This document shows, in pieces, positions 61,601 through 64,000 of a DNA stretch of 64,000 bases (its first letter is position 1; the number at the start of each line of letters is the position of its first letter). A program made the position numbers and the translations under genes. The stretch is from positions 15,595-79,594 of the forward strand of contig CAZBWU010000002.1 in assembly GCA_964496095.1 (NCBI GenBank), read 5' to 3'. Source of the stretch: an uncultured Gammaproteobacteria bacterium. GTDB lineage: Bacteria > Patescibacteriota > Patescibacteriia > Magasanikbacterales > GWA2-37-8. Under the pieces are notes generated by a model that did not search any database, was not told the DNA's origin, and saw nothing but the letters and a program-made list of their open reading frames with translations.

Positions 61601-62497
61601 TTCGTCCAAGATAGAATCATTGGCAGATGGGTTAACAGCGTTGAATTTTAATACATCAATATTTGTAGCGCCCTTTGGCACAGTTTTGCTAGCTGGATTT
61701 TCAGCAGCCAAGGAAACATTTAAAGTTCCACCTGTTTGAGCCACAATAGCTCCGTCTTGAGTTCTATTAGCTAGAACAGATTCCAAAGCGGTAATTTGTG
61801 TACCAACAGTTGTACCAATTAAGTAAGAAGCAGGAACAGCATGTACCCAGCCAGATTTGAATCTGTTTGCAGTCATACCGGTTTCTGTTACTTCACGCAA
61901 CACTTTGTTGGCAGCAACATACCAAGTTTTACCATCTTTACTAACAAGCATACCTTCATGAACTGTACCCATAACATCGGCTCCTCTATTTACATAGTGA
62001 GGCCAGAAAGCATCGGCAACAGTCATTACTTTGTAGTTAGATCCATACAAAGCAGCGGCATCAGCAGAACTGATTTTTGCTAATGAATTTCCTGGTAAAA
62101 CAGCGTACAATTGATCTGAAGAAGTTCTCTTCAAAATGTATGAACCAGGCTGAAAGTTTACAGCACCTGGGTATGCACTAGGAACTGGCAATGAATCAAA
62201 ACATGCTTGAGTTATAGTTGTATAACCTGCATATTGATTAGCAGCAGTGGCTGAAAGACCATTCCAACTCTTAAACTCATCCCCTGAAGGGAAGTAAAGA
62301 ATTTGGTTCATTTTGTTGACAGAGTAAATAGCTGCCTTTCCAGACACTTTTACCATATCACCAGCGGACAAGGTTGGACAAACTGCTGCGTTTGCAGTGT
62401 TTACCAACAAAGGTGCAGCGCCTACGGACCACAACATGGTGGCTCCGACAACGCTAACTGTAAAGATTTTTTTTACAGATTTTAATACAATATTCAT
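58676..62497 (-). CDS. Large secreted S-layer-like surface protein, 1273 aa
   Basis: Signal peptide; Thr/Val/Ala/Gly-rich repeated beta-sandwich-like domains; biased codon usage; N-terminal GDMVKV...YFPSGDEFKSW-type repeats. Confidence 0.8.
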   Translation of the reverse strand: MNIVLKSVKKIFTVSVVGATMLWSVGAAPLLVNTANAAVCPTLSAGDMVKVSGKAAIYSVNKMNQILYFPSGDEFKSWNGLSATAANQYAGYTTITQACFDSLPVPSAYPGAVNFQPGSYILKRTSSDQLYAVLPGNSLAKISSADAAALYGSNYKVMTVADAFWPHYVNRGADVMGTVHEGMLVSKDGKTWYVAANKVLREVTETGMTANRFKSGWVHAVPASYLIGTTVGTQITALESVLANRTQDGAIVAQTGGTLNVSLAAENPASKTVPKGATNIDVLKFNAVNPSANDSILDELVIKRVGVGAVTGLTVTLYDGANRVGTGKTFASDTNEAVFSALNLTVKAGTTKALSLRLATTAGSVGDSAFSVISAKLASGNAGGSMPLVGNTFTIGSQTAGSVTVDDNGTLSAAVVGDSGASVAQFKLTAGSEDIDVYSFTLKQGGTIDTSHLSNFVVTQGTNSVPAVATVSGRLVAFTLNSPLRILNGANKIFTVKADVSALADSGDTVDFYMDSTNDVKAVGVSYGYGVSVTNNYASLEQDYTLLGGGVTIANKSLAAHDVKTDSTEVELGKVAITAKSDTVEIQKMTVTVNPDEVAASGGYDWGMFKTGVGQNYTGTSTLLLRNLKLKDLDTGRTVGSAKAVTDADGWAGTESEEDTLTFVYTEYFTIAKGATRNIALVADINSAQISGVVYTATFDFTDATKFVIKDSKDVAVTDIVPRSTIASNPITTRSSALTVSRATTPESRTVVKGSTVDALGMIFAAGSGTGNDVKLTALTLNVYVDNVGTTDGTYVDTTEGTVDANELVTEVNLYVGNTKIAGPASVDTSGNVVFNSSKFVGGYYNVPAGTSKTVIARATVSGNAPYGGDDDRFAFTFAAADVTAEDGTGATFVPTVTGNNLNGTTAPSVAITITGQGTITTAADTGKPLAKVLIAGLATEQEVHRIKLTATKEAFTVDKLAVGVSSANTTYDNVQYLRLYAADGVTALSEPASLDANGTTTFSGLSIQVPISGTTVIVKAMLNAIGERSTATDATAGIGSDTGDTLTFALSAVSGDFNAQGGSGYVDIVADAAVSNSYQVVKSAPTVSVLALPSTVLASDTVTIFKFSVTADANEDVTLARITPYITFGDSDGGNELRITAGTVKLYDMTAPSTVIGTSGVLTVSTTAAYPINLTSSTLPTIAKGTTKIFEVRADFTGVETSDSVSVKFVQDASALSGGVVRSGNNATVVDTINAFVWSDNGADTDAFTSVEWMNSFLLQNWDANSKTVSKS

Positions 62498-62640
62498 AAT
62501 GAATTTAATATTCTTTAACCTAGGGCGCCACTCGTAATCGAGCGGTCGGTAAGTTAAAGGTTTCTCTAGCTTGCGCCAGAGTACAATGGCCTTTGCGAGC
62601 CTTTATCGGCTCTCGACCTGATGCAAAGTACCGCGGATTT
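62498..62640 (-). promoter_or_regulatory. Structured 5' leader of the S-layer-like gene
   Basis: GC-rich multi-hairpin region directly upstream of the ATG. Confidence 0.65.
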
Positions 62641-62700
62641 TTACTATTTTCCCTCTCTTGCTTAATAAGAAATAATTCTTACCAAACAGGAAAGAAAAAA

Positions 62701-63999
62701 TTATTTATTTGTGGTTGAGACTGGTGTGGTAGTTGGTTTGATAATTATTACTGGAGTTGTACTAATAAATTTGACTGTGCCAGTTGTAGTAGTTACTGGA
62801 ACTACAGGAATAGTTGAACTGGTGCTGGTAGAAAGAACAGTGGTGCTAACCGCTGGATCAACAGCCACAACTACTACCGGCAAGATTGTTTGTACAGCTT
62901 TGATAGCATTATCAGAAATTTTTTCAATTTGAACATTGGTAGCATTAGCCTCTCCTATTTTCTTAACAGCTTCTACTAGATTATCTTGAGATAATAATGT
63001 TTGACCTTCACTAGCTGTTTTTCCAGTTTCAGTACTAAGTACTTGAGCGCTACTAACTGCGGCTTGAGTTTGTTTTGAAGTCACTTCTATCTTATCTGTA
63101 ATAACTTTATTATCCTTTATAGAACCCTCAGAAGCCTTTCCAACCACACTATTCGCAACGACTTTAGCTTCAATTTTTACCACATCCACAGCATTATTGA
63201 CTTCAACAATACTTTGTTTTGAGGCGGTGGCATCTTTCACGGCAGAATTTAACTGGTCGCTTATAGCTTGTTTTACTTCATCCTTAGAAACACCCCGATC
63301 ACCTTGCTGATGTTTTACTACAAGTATTTCTAGTGTTTGTACTGCTATATCTTTTGCTAAACCTTTGACTTCTGAAACTTCATTAGATAAATCACTGGTA
63401 GTGGAAGCATCATTAACAACCAATAAATTGTCTTTGACATCTTCCAAAACACCTTTAATTTCTTTGGCGCTTTGATTTATATTTTTAACGGCTTCTGAAC
63501 CAGTATCAGATATAGTTTTAATTTCTTCTAATTTAACACTCACGATTTTCATTTCATCTTTGAGATCCTTAACTGTTTGGGAAGCTTGAGCTATATTATC
63601 TGACTTACCCTGAGAAACAATTTTACTAATTTCTACCGCTCGTTTTTTGGCGAGCTCTCCGTGCAATTTTACCACCTCACTCTTATTGCCAACTGCATCA
63701 GTTATTACTACTTGAGTTTTTTCAGTTGCTCGTTTAGCAGAGTAAAGCCACTCACCTGGTAGAGATTCGTATGAAGCACTAACTGTGGCAACCCAACTAC
63801 CAACACCCATCATCGCAATAAGAACTAAAGCTGTAGCTGGTCGCAGCACTTTGTAGACAACTGATTGAGGTAAAAATATAGATAAACCTTGCCAGACATT
63901 TTCAGAATTAAATTTATGAGTCCTTGTTTTAGAAACAGTATTATTAATTTGAGACAACAAAAGTTCGCGGTTTCTTTTCAACCACAATTCATCCGGTTT
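62701..63999 (-). CDS. DUF5667 membrane protein, 5' end beyond window
   Basis: TM then SLPGEWLYSAKRATEK; coiled coil; Thr-rich tail; frame is open to the window edge. Confidence 0.8.
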   Translation of the reverse strand, partial: KPDELWLKRNRELLLSQINNTVSKTRTHKFNSENVWQGLSIFLPQSVVYKVLRPATALVLIAMMGVGSWVATVSASYESLPGEWLYSAKRATEKTQVVITDAVGNKSEVVKLHGELAKKRAVEISKIVSQGKSDNIAQASQTVKDLKDEMKIVSVKLEEIKTISDTGSEAVKNINQSAKEIKGVLEDVKDNLLVVNDASTTSDLSNEVSEVKGLAKDIAVQTLEILVVKHQQGDRGVSKDEVKQAISDQLNSAVKDATASKQSIVEVNNAVDVVKIEAKVVANSVVGKASEGSIKDNKVITDKIEVTSKQTQAAVSSAQVLSTETGKTASEGQTLLSQDNLVEAVKKIGEANATNVQIEKISDNAIKAVQTILPVVVVAVDPAVSTTVLSTSTSSTIPVVPVTTTTGTVKFISTTPVIIIKPTTTPVSTTNK

Positions 64000-64000
64000 A

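Overview
AT-rich bacterial chromosome segment with the gene repertoire and style of a Patescibacteria/CPR (Parcubacteria-like) genome. That placement is my inference from the gene set, the SD-less starts and the CPR-type proteins. Housekeeping genes include dnaB, ybaB, recR, rplU, mraZ-rsmH-ftsL-like, murJ, lepA, recJ, pyrG, rplI, era, ctpA, murA, rnhA, hrcA-grpE-dnaK-dnaJ, yidC, gdhA, rarA, cls, dus, typA and tRNA-Glu. There is also a glycosyltransferase cluster, an ECF sigma module and a 1273-aa S-layer-like protein. No transposase, integrase or CRISPR array is visible. The most interesting signals are mostly non-coding. (1) A three-copy, two-hairpin leader with covarying stems ends in TCACTCATTTCG exactly 3 nt before the ATG of three unrelated genes. 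(2) At least ten TGTCA...TGACA palindromic REP-like elements occur; two are inserted in frame inside proteins and one is nested. (3) A promoter-driven 171-nt structured RNA has SRP helix-8 geometry but non-canonical bases. (4) Two GC-rich single-gene cassettes carry Shine-Dalgarno sites and folded 3' ends. (5) lepA has a duplicated 5' end interrupted by a palindrome. All product calls come from reading motifs by eye; no database searches were run.
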